From Phycisphaerae bacterium (GTDB taxonomy: Bacteria > Planctomycetota > Phycisphaerae > JAAYCJ01): 34,554 nt of DNA. The stretch spans positions 1 to 34,554 of the forward strand of contig JAAZAW010000235.1 in NCBI GenBank assembly GCA_012514125.1. Direction: 5' to 3'. The notes under the pieces are model-generated. The model was not told where the DNA came from and searched no databases. It was given only the letters and a program-made list of their open reading frames with translations. Of the stretch, positions 1 to 8,335 are shown one piece after another (position 1 is the stretch's first letter; every line of letters begins with the position of its first letter). A program made the translations under genes and the position numbers.

Positions 1-23
1 CGCTTCGACAGGCTCAGCGACCG
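1..23. repeat. REP-like hairpin, family A (CGCTTCGACAGGCTCAGCGACCG), truncated by the window edge
   Basis: 23/23 identical to 12761-12783; intergenic; hairpin arms (GT)CGCT/AGCG(AC). Confidence 0.85.
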
Positions 24-189
24 AAGTTTTTAACATTTTTAATGCGACGGTACGACTAAATCAAAAGCGTATAAGAATTTAAATTAATAGCGATAGATAA
101 CTTTGATGTCCTTTTACCATTTTATTCAACCGCGACTTGAATTTGGCCGAAGTCTTTAATGTAACAATAAAATAGTCAGGATAAGAATA

Positions 190-1443
190 ATGAAACTTCC
201 ACAGGCTCAAAATACCTGGGACAACAACGACGATTCGAAAAAAACATTGACCCGAATTCAGATTTTCTGCCCTCAGCCCCGGCTGCCGGAACATCTCAGG
301 CCAATGCTCAATCGAAAAGATGTCCAGTGTAGTTGGGTCATGACCTATCAGGCCTTGGAAACCCACGCGCTGATGGACCAGTTCGATCTGGTGGTTTTTG
401 TTCCCGGTCCGATAACCGATGTCGAACAAAAACGTCGAATCGGAAAACTCCTCCAGACCGCCCAGCAAAAATTGATGCCGATTATCCTGGTCTCAAAAGA
501 CCCTTCACTGGCCAATCTGATTCCCATCCAGGACGATCAGGTCCTGCCGCGTGTCCAGATGGCCGACCCGGACATCAGCGTCGAGGAGTTATGGGGGCGA
601 ATCTTTGCCATGCTCAACTATTCGCCGCTTTTCAATCGAATCGAACGGCACATGAAGCATCTGGAAAAATGGGCCGATAACCTCAACAGCCGGTTTGAAG
701 AACTCCATCAGGAACTCCGTCTCGCCTGGCGGGTTCAACAGGACTTTCTACCGAAAAAACTTCCTCACACCTCTAAATTCAGGTTCGCCGCCCTCTATCG
801 TCCAGCCGCCTGGGTCAGCGGCGATATCTACGATATCTTCCAAATCGATGAAAAACATATCGGTTTCAATATCGCCGACGTCGTCGGCCACGGCGTCGCA
901 GCGGGGCTGATGACCCTGTTTGTCAAACGTGCCCTGATTACTAAGGAAATTCTCGAAAAATCGTACCATATTCTTCCCCCAAATCAGGCGCTGGCCCGTT
1001 TGAATGAAGATATTTGTAGTTTGGAACTGCCCGAACATCAATTCGTCACCGCTGCCTATGGCATGATTGACATTCAAACCGGCGAACTGACCCTCGCGCG
1101 AGGCGGGCATCCTCACCCCCTGAAATTCGATGCCGACGGTCAATTATCACTGATCGAAACCGAAGGAGCACTCCTTGGCGCCTTTAAGGACGTCAACTTT
1201 GGTATCCATCACTCCACCCTTCATGCCGGTGAAAAACTGGTTCTCTATACCGATGGACTCGAACAAGCTTTCGGTGAAGGCTCCGACGAGCAAAAAATGA
1301 TCGAACAAGTCTCTGCCTTGTCTGTAAATAAGTCCGCGCAGGAAATGGTCGACTCGCTCTCAAGCCTGCTCGATTGCCAGGAAAATTCCCTCACACCTGC
1401 CGACGATATCACCGTCGTTGTCGTCGAAGCCATTCCCGACTGA
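190..1443 (+). CDS. PP2C/SpoIIE (RsbU-like) serine phosphatase with a degenerate receiver-like N-terminus and coiled coil
   Basis: PPM motifs VSGDIYD, IADVVGHGVAAG, YTDGL and DDITVV; ELRLAWRVQQDFLP linker typical of the RsbU family. Confidence 0.9.
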   Translation: MKLPQAQNTWDNNDDSKKTLTRIQIFCPQPRLPEHLRPMLNRKDVQCSWVMTYQALETHALMDQFDLVVFVPGPITDVEQKRRIGKLLQTAQQKLMPIILVSKDPSLANLIPIQDDQVLPRVQMADPDISVEELWGRIFAMLNYSPLFNRIERHMKHLEKWADNLNSRFEELHQELRLAWRVQQDFLPKKLPHTSKFRFAALYRPAAWVSGDIYDIFQIDEKHIGFNIADVVGHGVAAGLMTLFVKRALITKEILEKSYHILPPNQALARLNEDICSLELPEHQFVTAAYGMIDIQTGELTLARGGHPHPLKFDADGQLSLIETEGALLGAFKDVNFGIHHSTLHAGEKLVLYTDGLEQAFGEGSDEQKMIEQVSALSVNKSAQEMVDSLSSLLDCQENSLTPADDITVVVVEAIPD

Positions 1444-1463
1444 TTTCCATTAGCCCTGTAAAA

Positions 1464-1484
1464 AACTGAAAATTCAGTTATAAT
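1464..1484 (+). promoter_or_regulatory. Palindrome AACTGAA-AA-TTCAGTT abutting a TATAAT -10 box upstream of the DUF2007-like gene
   Basis: Perfect 7-2-7 inverted repeat at 1464-1479; TATAAT at 1479-1484. Confidence 0.4.
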
Positions 1485-1547
1485 AAAACCGTACTCTCTG
1501 GAAGATGAAAAATAACCAAAAATCCAAGCATTATGAGAGGAAGACAC

Positions 1548-1880
1548 ATGGCTGAAGAACGACATGCTGAAGAACGTTATATCACAACGATCTTTTTCCC
1601 CGAAACCGAGTGGCAGGGCGATCTGATCGTCCAGGAACTTGAAGACGCCGGCATCGAAGCCTATCTGGCCAATCGGTCCAGTGTCGCCGCATGGAGCGAT
1701 GTCATGCCTCTGGTCAAACTGGAAGTGGTTGTCCCCGAAAAAGATGCGGAAAAAGCCCGTCAAATCATCGACGATTTCTTCAAAGCAAAAGGTCTTATCC
1801 CCGAATCCGAGCTGGAGGTGGAAGCCGAGCAGGCCGCCGAGGTGACGCAAGACGAACCCGCCTCAAACGAAAATAAATGA
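1548..1880 (+). CDS. DUF2007-like putative signal-transducing protein (small and acidic)
   Basis: Pattern LIVQELEDAGIEAYL...LEVVVPEKDAEKARQII; ATG at 1548 preceded by GAGAGGA. Confidence 0.75.
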   Translation: MAEERHAEERYITTIFFPETEWQGDLIVQELEDAGIEAYLANRSSVAAWSDVMPLVKLEVVVPEKDAEKARQIIDDFFKAKGLIPESELEVEAEQAAEVTQDEPASNENK

Positions 1881-2189
1881 AAACCATAAAATCCAATTCA
1901 GATTTACGGCTTCATTTTTAATCAGCATAGCGCCAAAAAACTCGCCAGCGACAGCAACGCAAAGCGATATTTACGCCTGAAAAAATGAGCAATCTCCAAT
2001 TGTAAGGTTGTTCGTTTGAACATCTGCATTTTCTCCAGCCTCTCACAGGCTTAGTGCAGCGACCCCTTCTTCCGAATCGCCGAAAATGAAAATGCAACGA
2101 ACATGCCATTCTATTAAAAAAAGCACCATCCATATCTCCCTGCAAATAAACACTTTATCAACAGGTCGTCCAAGGCGGTTTTTCGGGAC

Positions 2190-2205
2190 GTTTCAAAAAT
2201 GAAAC
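2190..2205. promoter_or_regulatory. Palindrome GTTTCA-AAAA-TGAAAC, candidate transcription-factor site in the long region upstream of the sigma gene
   Basis: Perfect 6-4-6 inverted repeat within a ~700-bp non-coding region. Confidence 0.35.
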
Positions 2206-2582
2206 ACAGGTTCGAGAGTGAAACCGAAAAGCAAATCGAAAAAATCAGTATCAATATTATAGTATTGCTTATTTTCATACGAACTTCATTGGTCCCATAA
2301 CGTATAATAGATAGGAGTGAAAAACACATAATAATACATCCCGCAGAACCGCACATCATCATCAACATCTTCCAGGGCACAAAAGGCCCGGGCAAGAATA
2401 CAAAAAAATATGGAATAATTCGCAACAAAGAATTGTTTTAAATAATAGAAGCAGCTTGAAAAACGCGAATGTAAAAAATTAATAATCAGGCCTGCATCCG
2501 TGGAGGGCAAAAATCGTCGTCCGGAAGTAGGAGGGCGAAAACTGCGGGAGAAAGAGCGTTTTATAGGGAAGGGGCCAAAAAA

Positions 2583-3575
2583 ATGATAGCAGAAGCAAAA
2601 AAGAAATATGTCGGGATCAAAACAATTGATGGCAGCCGGTTGCTCACAGGGGCCAAACGCGTTCTCGATCGGCTTGATTTTGACGATCGTGCGATCATCG
2701 AAAAAATCCTTTCCGAACCGGTGGAATTCGTAGACAATCCGGCGTTCCATACCGCTGCGGGCAAAGCCAATCTTGAAAAAAGTTTTGAGGCCATCGATCC
2801 GGAAATCTCAAAATCCGAAGCTCGCCTGTTGCCCATCGATATTTTCGAGCAGGGCGAAAAGGTCCTGGGAAATTTCAAACCGCTTAAAAACGAACAGGAA
2901 GTCACCCTGTTTCTCAAATTGAATTACGCCCGTTATCGAATCTATAAATTGATTAAGGAGAGGGAAAATAAACCCCTCACCATGACCATGGTCCCCCAGG
3001 TGCTCCGATGGCGAAAAGAAGAGCTTCTCGCGAGAAGCCAAATCACCCAGGCCAACATTCCGCTGGTCCTGGCCATGGCCAAACGAAGCAAGCTCGTCGG
3101 TGTCGATTTTACCGAACTCATCAGCGAAGGCAACATGGCCTTGCTCCGAAGTATCGATAAATTCGATGCCTCGCGCGGTTTCAAATTCAGCACCTACGCC
3201 TGCCGGGCGATCATAAAAAGTTTCGCCCGCGTTGCCTTGCGAACCAATCGGTATCGCGGACGGTTCCCGGTCGAATTCGACCCCGATCTTGAAAAAGGCG
3301 ATTTCATCGAGCAACGCCGAGAGGACACCAAGATATATTGCATGGATCGTCTGCGCGACATCCTCGGCAACGAAACTTCGGAACTTTCCGACGTCGAACG
3401 CAGAGTTCTCCAAGCCAGATTTGCGATTCACAAAGACACCGAACAGGAAAAGCCCATGACGCTCGAGCAGGTCGGACACGTCATCGGCGTAACCAAAGAG
3501 CGGGTCAGGCAAATCCAAAACAAAGCCCTGAAAAAACTCCGCTCCACCCTGGAGGACTCCATCCTCACAGGCTGA
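2583..3575 (+). CDS. RNA polymerase sigma-70 family factor (regions 2 and 4, short linker, planctomycete-like subtype)
   Basis: Region 2 ANIPLVLAMAKR...LISEGNMALLRSIDKFDASRGFKFSTYA; region 4 TLEQVGHVIGVTKERVRQIQNKALKKLR. Confidence 0.93.
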   Translation: MIAEAKKKYVGIKTIDGSRLLTGAKRVLDRLDFDDRAIIEKILSEPVEFVDNPAFHTAAGKANLEKSFEAIDPEISKSEARLLPIDIFEQGEKVLGNFKPLKNEQEVTLFLKLNYARYRIYKLIKERENKPLTMTMVPQVLRWRKEELLARSQITQANIPLVLAMAKRSKLVGVDFTELISEGNMALLRSIDKFDASRGFKFSTYACRAIIKSFARVALRTNRYRGRFPVEFDPDLEKGDFIEQRREDTKIYCMDRLRDILGNETSELSDVERRVLQARFAIHKDTEQEKPMTLEQVGHVIGVTKERVRQIQNKALKKLRSTLEDSILTG

Positions 3576-3598
3576 CATCCATTCGTCAAACTCATTAT

Positions 3599-3636
3599 AA
3601 AAAAACGGCTCCTTATTCCAGAGGGGCCGTTTTTTT
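3599..3636 (+). terminator. Intrinsic terminator after the sigma gene, probably bidirectional
   Basis: AAAAAAACGGCTCCT-loop-AGGGGCCGTTTTTTT. Confidence 0.85.
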
Positions 3637-3678
3637 ACAACTCCCCAACTCCCTCGACTTCTTCGCCGCCCCCGACTC

Positions 3679-3707
3679 TTCCAACTTCTCCCCATCTCTG
3701 GTATAAC
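3679..3707 (+). promoter_or_regulatory. Sigma-70-type promoter for the methyltransferase, giving a near-leaderless transcript
   Basis: TTCCAA (3679-84), N17, TATAAC (3702-07) with an extended TG; ATG 8 nt downstream; no Shine-Dalgarno. Confidence 0.5.
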
Positions 3708-3715
3708 ATACACCC

Positions 3716-4912
3716 ATGAACAAAGAAATCTTTACCTGTGAAATTCTGGACTTTCTAACCAGCTCTGCCGGAGCCGAAGTCCTCACGCTGGCTCGCGACC
3801 TGGATATCTACAATCCCGGCGATGCGATGAAACTTCGCAAACACTGCACCCCCGAACAAGCCCGCGCCGTTCTCGAACTCACCGAGCTTCGAAAACGGGC
3901 ACGCGACAAATTCACCCTCGCCGATTCCATGTTCTTCGACCGTGTCGGATACGAACAATCCAGCAGCCAAATCCTCGCAGAATACAAAGCCCGGCGAATC
4001 GCTTCAAATTACACCGGCGAACGAATCCTCGACCTCTGCTGCGGCATAGGCGGCGATACCATCGCGCTCGCCGGCGTCGGTCCCGTGTTGGCGGTCGACT
4101 TTTCTCCCGTTCGCATCAAAATGACTCAGATGAACCTCAAACTTCACAGCCTCGCCGATCGCTGTGAATTCCAATGCAGCGATCTGAACCAACTTGATTT
4201 ACAAGGTGAGCTGTTTCACATCGACCCCGACCGTCGAGTCCTCAAACAGGCCCGAACCGTCAGCATCGATGAAATCTCTCCCTCGAAGGAATACATCGAC
4301 CGTCTCATCTCAAAAATCCCTCACGGTGCTATCAAACTCTCGCCCGCCACCGATTTTTCAAATCTCCCCTGGCCCGGCGAACTCGAACTCATCAGCCACA
4401 AAGGTCAATGCCGTCAACTCATCGTCTGGACAGGCCGATACGCCCACGCCAAACTCCGAGCCACCACTCTCCCAAGCGGCGAAACCATCGACGACACCAT
4501 GCCCCAACGTCTGGAAATCAGCGAAATCGGAAAATACCTCTACGACCCGGACCCCGCAATCACCAGACTGCGACTCCTGCCCCAACTCGCAGGACTCATG
4601 GAACTCGACTTCATCGCCCCAGGCCAAATTGTCTTAACCTCAAACCAACTCATCGCCAACCCCCTCGCCCGCGCGTATCGCGTCGAAGAAGTCCTGCCGT
4701 ACCACGAAACCAAAATCAAAAAACTATTCCGAAGTCGTCCCACCGGTCCCGTCACCGTAAAACCACGCGGCGCCGACGTCAAAGTCGATCAATTAAGCAA
4801 ACAGCTCTCCGGAAAATCCGCCCCCGAAAAACACCTCTTCCTCTTACGGCTGGACAAAAAAATCCAAGCCGTAATCACCACCCTGGAAGCAACAGAATCC
4901 CCAACAAAATAA
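3716..4912 (+). CDS. Class I SAM-dependent methyltransferase with a C-terminal THUMP-like domain
   Basis: EQSSS, LDLCCGIGGD (motif I), DPDRR, IKLSP, YLYDPDPAI. Confidence 0.85.
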   Translation: MNKEIFTCEILDFLTSSAGAEVLTLARDLDIYNPGDAMKLRKHCTPEQARAVLELTELRKRARDKFTLADSMFFDRVGYEQSSSQILAEYKARRIASNYTGERILDLCCGIGGDTIALAGVGPVLAVDFSPVRIKMTQMNLKLHSLADRCEFQCSDLNQLDLQGELFHIDPDRRVLKQARTVSIDEISPSKEYIDRLISKIPHGAIKLSPATDFSNLPWPGELELISHKGQCRQLIVWTGRYAHAKLRATTLPSGETIDDTMPQRLEISEIGKYLYDPDPAITRLRLLPQLAGLMELDFIAPGQIVLTSNQLIANPLARAYRVEEVLPYHETKIKKLFRSRPTGPVTVKPRGADVKVDQLSKQLSGKSAPEKHLFLLRLDKKIQAVITTLEATESPTK

Positions 4913-4946
4913 ACACCTTTTAATTTTGCCCTTTGCCATAATTCTC

Positions 4947-4985
4947 CTTCCCCGTAGCCCGCAGCCCGTCGCCCGTAACCCGCAA
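4947..4985 (+). repeat. Heptamer tandem array (CCCGYAR-like) x5 between convergent genes
   Basis: cccgtag cccgcag cccgtcg cccgtaa cccgcaa; 4947-4974 matches the reverse complement of 10957-10984 at 25/28. Confidence 0.8.
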
Positions 4986-4990
4986 CCGCC

Positions 4991-6799
4991 TCACTCTTTC
5001 TGTGGCCGTTCTTGCTTCAACCATCGCCCGATCGTCTGATCCAGCAACTCCGGAGGCTGGCTCTTCGACCACGCTTCCACAAAATCAACGTTATTACTCG
5101 CAGGCCGACGTTCAGGCGGCGTGATCAACGTCCGTAACGGCATCGGAACACTATCCCCCAGCACAAACGCCTCCCCAGGACTCAAAATCGGCAGCATCTG
5201 AATCAAATTCGCAAACTGATCCGAAACCACCTTCGTAATATAATGCTGATCTTCCGGATTATTCATCCTCAGCACGATCATATTGTTACACTGACTCAAC
5301 ACCGTTCGAGATAGCTCGCTGGGCCGCTGCGAAACAACAATCGCGCTCACACCATATTTTCTACCTTCCTTCGCCACTCGCTCCACCGACACCCGCGCAA
5401 AACTATTCTTAATTTCATTATCCGGGATATACGTATGCGCCTCTTCAAACACCATCACGATAGGTCTTCGAAAATTCACCGGCGTATAAAAATTGTAATC
5501 GAAAATCAGCCTCGTAATCAGTCCGATCGTCAGATCGATAATATCAAAAGGAATACCGCTTAAGTCCACAATAGTCAGATTCTTTCTAGGCTCCAGATCG
5601 CCCGTGAGCATCTTGATCAACCAGACGATCATCTCCGACCAGTCCGTCCGCTCTTCCATAATCTGCGGGAAAAGCCCGCTGAAAAGTTTCGACTTTTTCG
5701 CATGCTCGACCGGATGAAGCAAAAAATCATACCGCTTGTCGTTATATTTATGTTCGATCTGATCGATCAAACCGGTCAGTTTCTGAAAATACAGCGCATG
5801 CGGAATTTCACCCTGCGGATTGCCCTGATTAAACTGCGACTTTTGCGTCAGCAGAATTTCTTCCTGCTCTGGCAGCGACAAATTCCGCAATGCCGTCCGT
5901 GAAAACGCATATCGATCGGTATTGATAACAAACCTCGCCTGGTTCATGTTCTGCGCATACGTCAAAAAATGGTCCAGCGAAAAATAAATCGGCGTATCGA
6001 CATTATACGTCGTCAGCAACTCAAGATTTTTCGCCGAATTCTTCTTGAGCTTGATCAATGCTTCCTTAAAAAACGACACCTGGTTGGCGATGATCGTCGG
6101 GTCCGATCGATCGATAAACAGCGAATCAAGCTCCTGATATCTCAAAAGCCAATAGGGCACCACCAGGTCGTTTTCATCCAGATACGTCACGTTCGAATCC
6201 ATTTGGCCGTTTTCGTTGCTGAACGCCTTGCGATATTCCCCATGAAGGTCGAACATGATCATCTGCGTATTGGGATGTTTGATCGATTCCCCGATAATCT
6301 TCGCCACCGTACAACTCTTGCCCGCGCCGCTATTGCCCAGAACCGCGGCATGTCTCGAAAAAAACTGTCTGCCGTTAAGAAAAACCTTATAATCGGTATT
6401 AAGAGCGAATCGTCCCAGCATAAACGAAGACGACGTCAGGAGCGTTTCTCCCGCGTCGGGCCGATCGAAAATCGCATCCAGGTCCTGAGCTTCCCCTGCC
6501 ATCACCGCGTCGCCGATCATCGGATACTGGTGTACCCCGCGATAAAAACGTCCCTGGGATATTTGTCCGATCAGGTGCAGATTCATCGTCCCTGCCTGCG
6601 ATTCGGTAACTTCCAGCCCCGTCACCAGCCCGATCACTCGCGCCTCGCCCACCGGCACAACCAGAAAGCTGGCGATTTGTCCAAGCCGATCTTTTCTACC
6701 GCTCTCCAGATAATCCGCCATCAAAGCGACCCGAACCTGATCACCCTGAACACTGATAATCTGCCCAATCTGCCGTTCAGTCTTCGTTTCCTGTATCAT
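4991..6799 (-). CDS. HerA/FtsK-superfamily ATPase (HAS-barrel-like N-terminus, DUF87 type), stand-alone
   Basis: Walker A GNSGAGKS, FDLHGEY, Walker B VMVFEEAH, AKEGRKYG, SQRPSELS..VLSQC. Confidence 0.9.
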   Translation of the reverse strand: MIQETKTERQIGQIISVQGDQVRVALMADYLESGRKDRLGQIASFLVVPVGEARVIGLVTGLEVTESQAGTMNLHLIGQISQGRFYRGVHQYPMIGDAVMAGEAQDLDAIFDRPDAGETLLTSSSFMLGRFALNTDYKVFLNGRQFFSRHAAVLGNSGAGKSCTVAKIIGESIKHPNTQMIMFDLHGEYRKAFSNENGQMDSNVTYLDENDLVVPYWLLRYQELDSLFIDRSDPTIIANQVSFFKEALIKLKKNSAKNLELLTTYNVDTPIYFSLDHFLTYAQNMNQARFVINTDRYAFSRTALRNLSLPEQEEILLTQKSQFNQGNPQGEIPHALYFQKLTGLIDQIEHKYNDKRYDFLLHPVEHAKKSKLFSGLFPQIMEERTDWSEMIVWLIKMLTGDLEPRKNLTIVDLSGIPFDIIDLTIGLITRLIFDYNFYTPVNFRRPIVMVFEEAHTYIPDNEIKNSFARVSVERVAKEGRKYGVSAIVVSQRPSELSRTVLSQCNNMIVLRMNNPEDQHYITKVVSDQFANLIQMLPILSPGEAFVLGDSVPMPLRTLITPPERRPASNNVDFVEAWSKSQPPELLDQTIGRWLKQERPQKE

Positions 6800-6876
6800 C
6801 CTGAAACCTTTCCTTCATCTATACCGCTTCCATCAATCCACCCACATCTCCCTCGCCTCGCGCTTATCACGCCGCT

Positions 6877-6934
6877 GTCATTCCCGAGAAGGCCCGAATC
6901 CAGAAACGGCTCAAGCCGTTGAACAATCCTCTTC
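6877..6934 (+). repeat. REP-like family B element (GTCATTCCCG..GAATCCAG hairpin plus 31-bp linker with a second hairpin)
   Basis: 53/58 identical to the reverse complement of 10988-11045; last 39 bp identical. Confidence 0.9.
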
Positions 6935-7111
6935 TCCCGACCTTCCTCTTTTATCGACGAAAAACACCACCCAATTAAGCTCTTTCATCGCCCGATAAAA
7001 ACATTCCTCTATCACTTTGGAACCGATGAAAAACCGCTTTTTTTACCCCATTTCCGAAAACATCTTTTTCACCGTTTAATGAAATTTTTTTAAGGAAAAC
7101 CGCAATTGGCC

Positions 7112-7140
7112 TTGCAAGGCTCCCTATAAAGAGATATAGT
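7112..7140 (+). promoter_or_regulatory. Sigma-70-type promoter of pyrF
   Basis: TTGCAA (7112-17), N17, TATAGT (7135-40); followed by an inverted repeat at 7146-7171. Confidence 0.55.
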
Positions 7141-7218
7141 TTCAGCGTAAGATATACGTCTATACCTTACGTTAAAGTTGGTAATGAAACTTAATCTCGT
7201 AATTAAGAGGGTACATAA

Positions 7219-8157
7219 GTGTCCAGTAATTTCGCTGACAGATTATTGGAGGGGATAAAGGCAAAAGGGTCGCCCATCGCTGTTGGACTTGATCCGCAAT
7301 ATTCCCGTTTGCCGCTGGTGATTCGTGAAAATAAAGAACTCAACGATGAATTGGATACCGAATCCGCCGTTGATGCTATTTTCGACTTCTCGACCAAGAT
7401 CATGCGCATCATTGCGCCTCACGTCGCAGCCGTCAAATTGAACATCGCCTTTTTCGAAAAATATTATTGGGAAGGCATCGAAGCCTACTATAGCCTCGTC
7501 GAAGAAGCAAACGATCTGGGACTCGAAATCATCGGCGACGTCAAACGAGCCGATATCCCCGATACAAACGAAGTCTATTCCCGGTCGCATCTGGCGAACC
7601 CCGAATTCACCAACATGGAAGACCTCCTCGCCCCCGATGCCGTCACTGTCAACCCATACTTCGGCATCGAAGCTCTCAGGCCGTTCTTCAACATCGCCGC
7701 CGAACAGGGCAAGGGAATCTTCGTCGTCTGCCGATCAAGCAACCCCGAAGCACACGAAATCCAGGATTTCGTCAACGCCGACGGTAAAAAACTCTATGAG
7801 CATGTCGCGGAACTCATCTCGAAAGTCGGCGCAGAACCTGCCATGATGGGAAACCATGGCTATAGCTGCCTGGGCGCCGTCGTCGGTGCCACCGACCCCG
7901 ACGCCGCAAAACAACTTCGCGAAATCATGCCTCATACCCTCTTCCTCGTACCAGGATACGGTACCCAGGGTGGAACCGCCGATGCCGCCAGGGCCTGCTT
8001 CAAGGACGATGGCACCGGCGCGATTGTTACCGCCACTAGAAGCATCATCTATGCGTATGAGTCCGATCAATATAAAGGCAGCCCCTCGTGGGAAAAAGCA
8101 GTCGAACAGGCTGTGATCGATATGAAAGAACAAATCAAGGCAGTACTAGGCGGATAA
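7219..8157 (+). CDS. pyrF: Orotidine-5'-phosphate decarboxylase (type 2)
   Basis: VGLDP, AVKLNIAFFE, DVKRADI, TVNPYFG, RSSNP, GAVVGAT, LVPGYGTQGG; GTG start. Confidence 0.95.
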   Translation: MSSNFADRLLEGIKAKGSPIAVGLDPQYSRLPLVIRENKELNDELDTESAVDAIFDFSTKIMRIIAPHVAAVKLNIAFFEKYYWEGIEAYYSLVEEANDLGLEIIGDVKRADIPDTNEVYSRSHLANPEFTNMEDLLAPDAVTVNPYFGIEALRPFFNIAAEQGKGIFVVCRSSNPEAHEIQDFVNADGKKLYEHVAELISKVGAEPAMMGNHGYSCLGAVVGATDPDAAKQLREIMPHTLFLVPGYGTQGGTADAARACFKDDGTGAIVTATRSIIYAYESDQYKGSPSWEKAVEQAVIDMKEQIKAVLGG

Positions 8158-8335
8158 CCTGTCTCGCTCCGGTCATGTGCATCAATTATACTGAAATAGG
8201 CCTTTTTTAGCGGTTTGATTCAAGTCAAACCACTACGATGCGCCGAAGTATATATATCAGAGTTTAAAATAAAAGATCGGCGTCGGTTTTCCCGGCTCCG
8301 ACCGGAATTTGAGTTTTGATGATTGGAGCGGATAC

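Noticed and set aside
1546-1576. Short duplication encoding MAEERHAEERY
   Set aside because: Trivial 15-bp local duplication at a variable N-terminus.
2155-2163. TTATCAACA, a single DnaA-box-like 9-mer
   Set aside because: Isolated one-mismatch hit with no cluster; expected by chance.
2502-2560. GGGCAAA...GGCGAAAACTGCGGG resembles a c-di-GMP-I riboswitch
   Set aside because: No symmetric GNRA-capped P2 and no second stem with a tetraloop receptor; kept only as a generic structured-leader candidate.
2808-3713. 301-aa antisense ORF over the sigma gene
   Set aside because: Shadow of a clearly identified gene; no motifs.
5969-6922. 317-aa + strand ORF opposite HerA
   Set aside because: Antisense shadow favoured by the skewed codon usage; Arg/His-rich with no domain, and it ends inside a repeat.
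7150-7177. TTACGTTAAAG resembles the XerD arm of dif
   Set aside because: No XerC arm at 6-bp spacing, and the skew switch has origin-like rather than terminus-like polarity.
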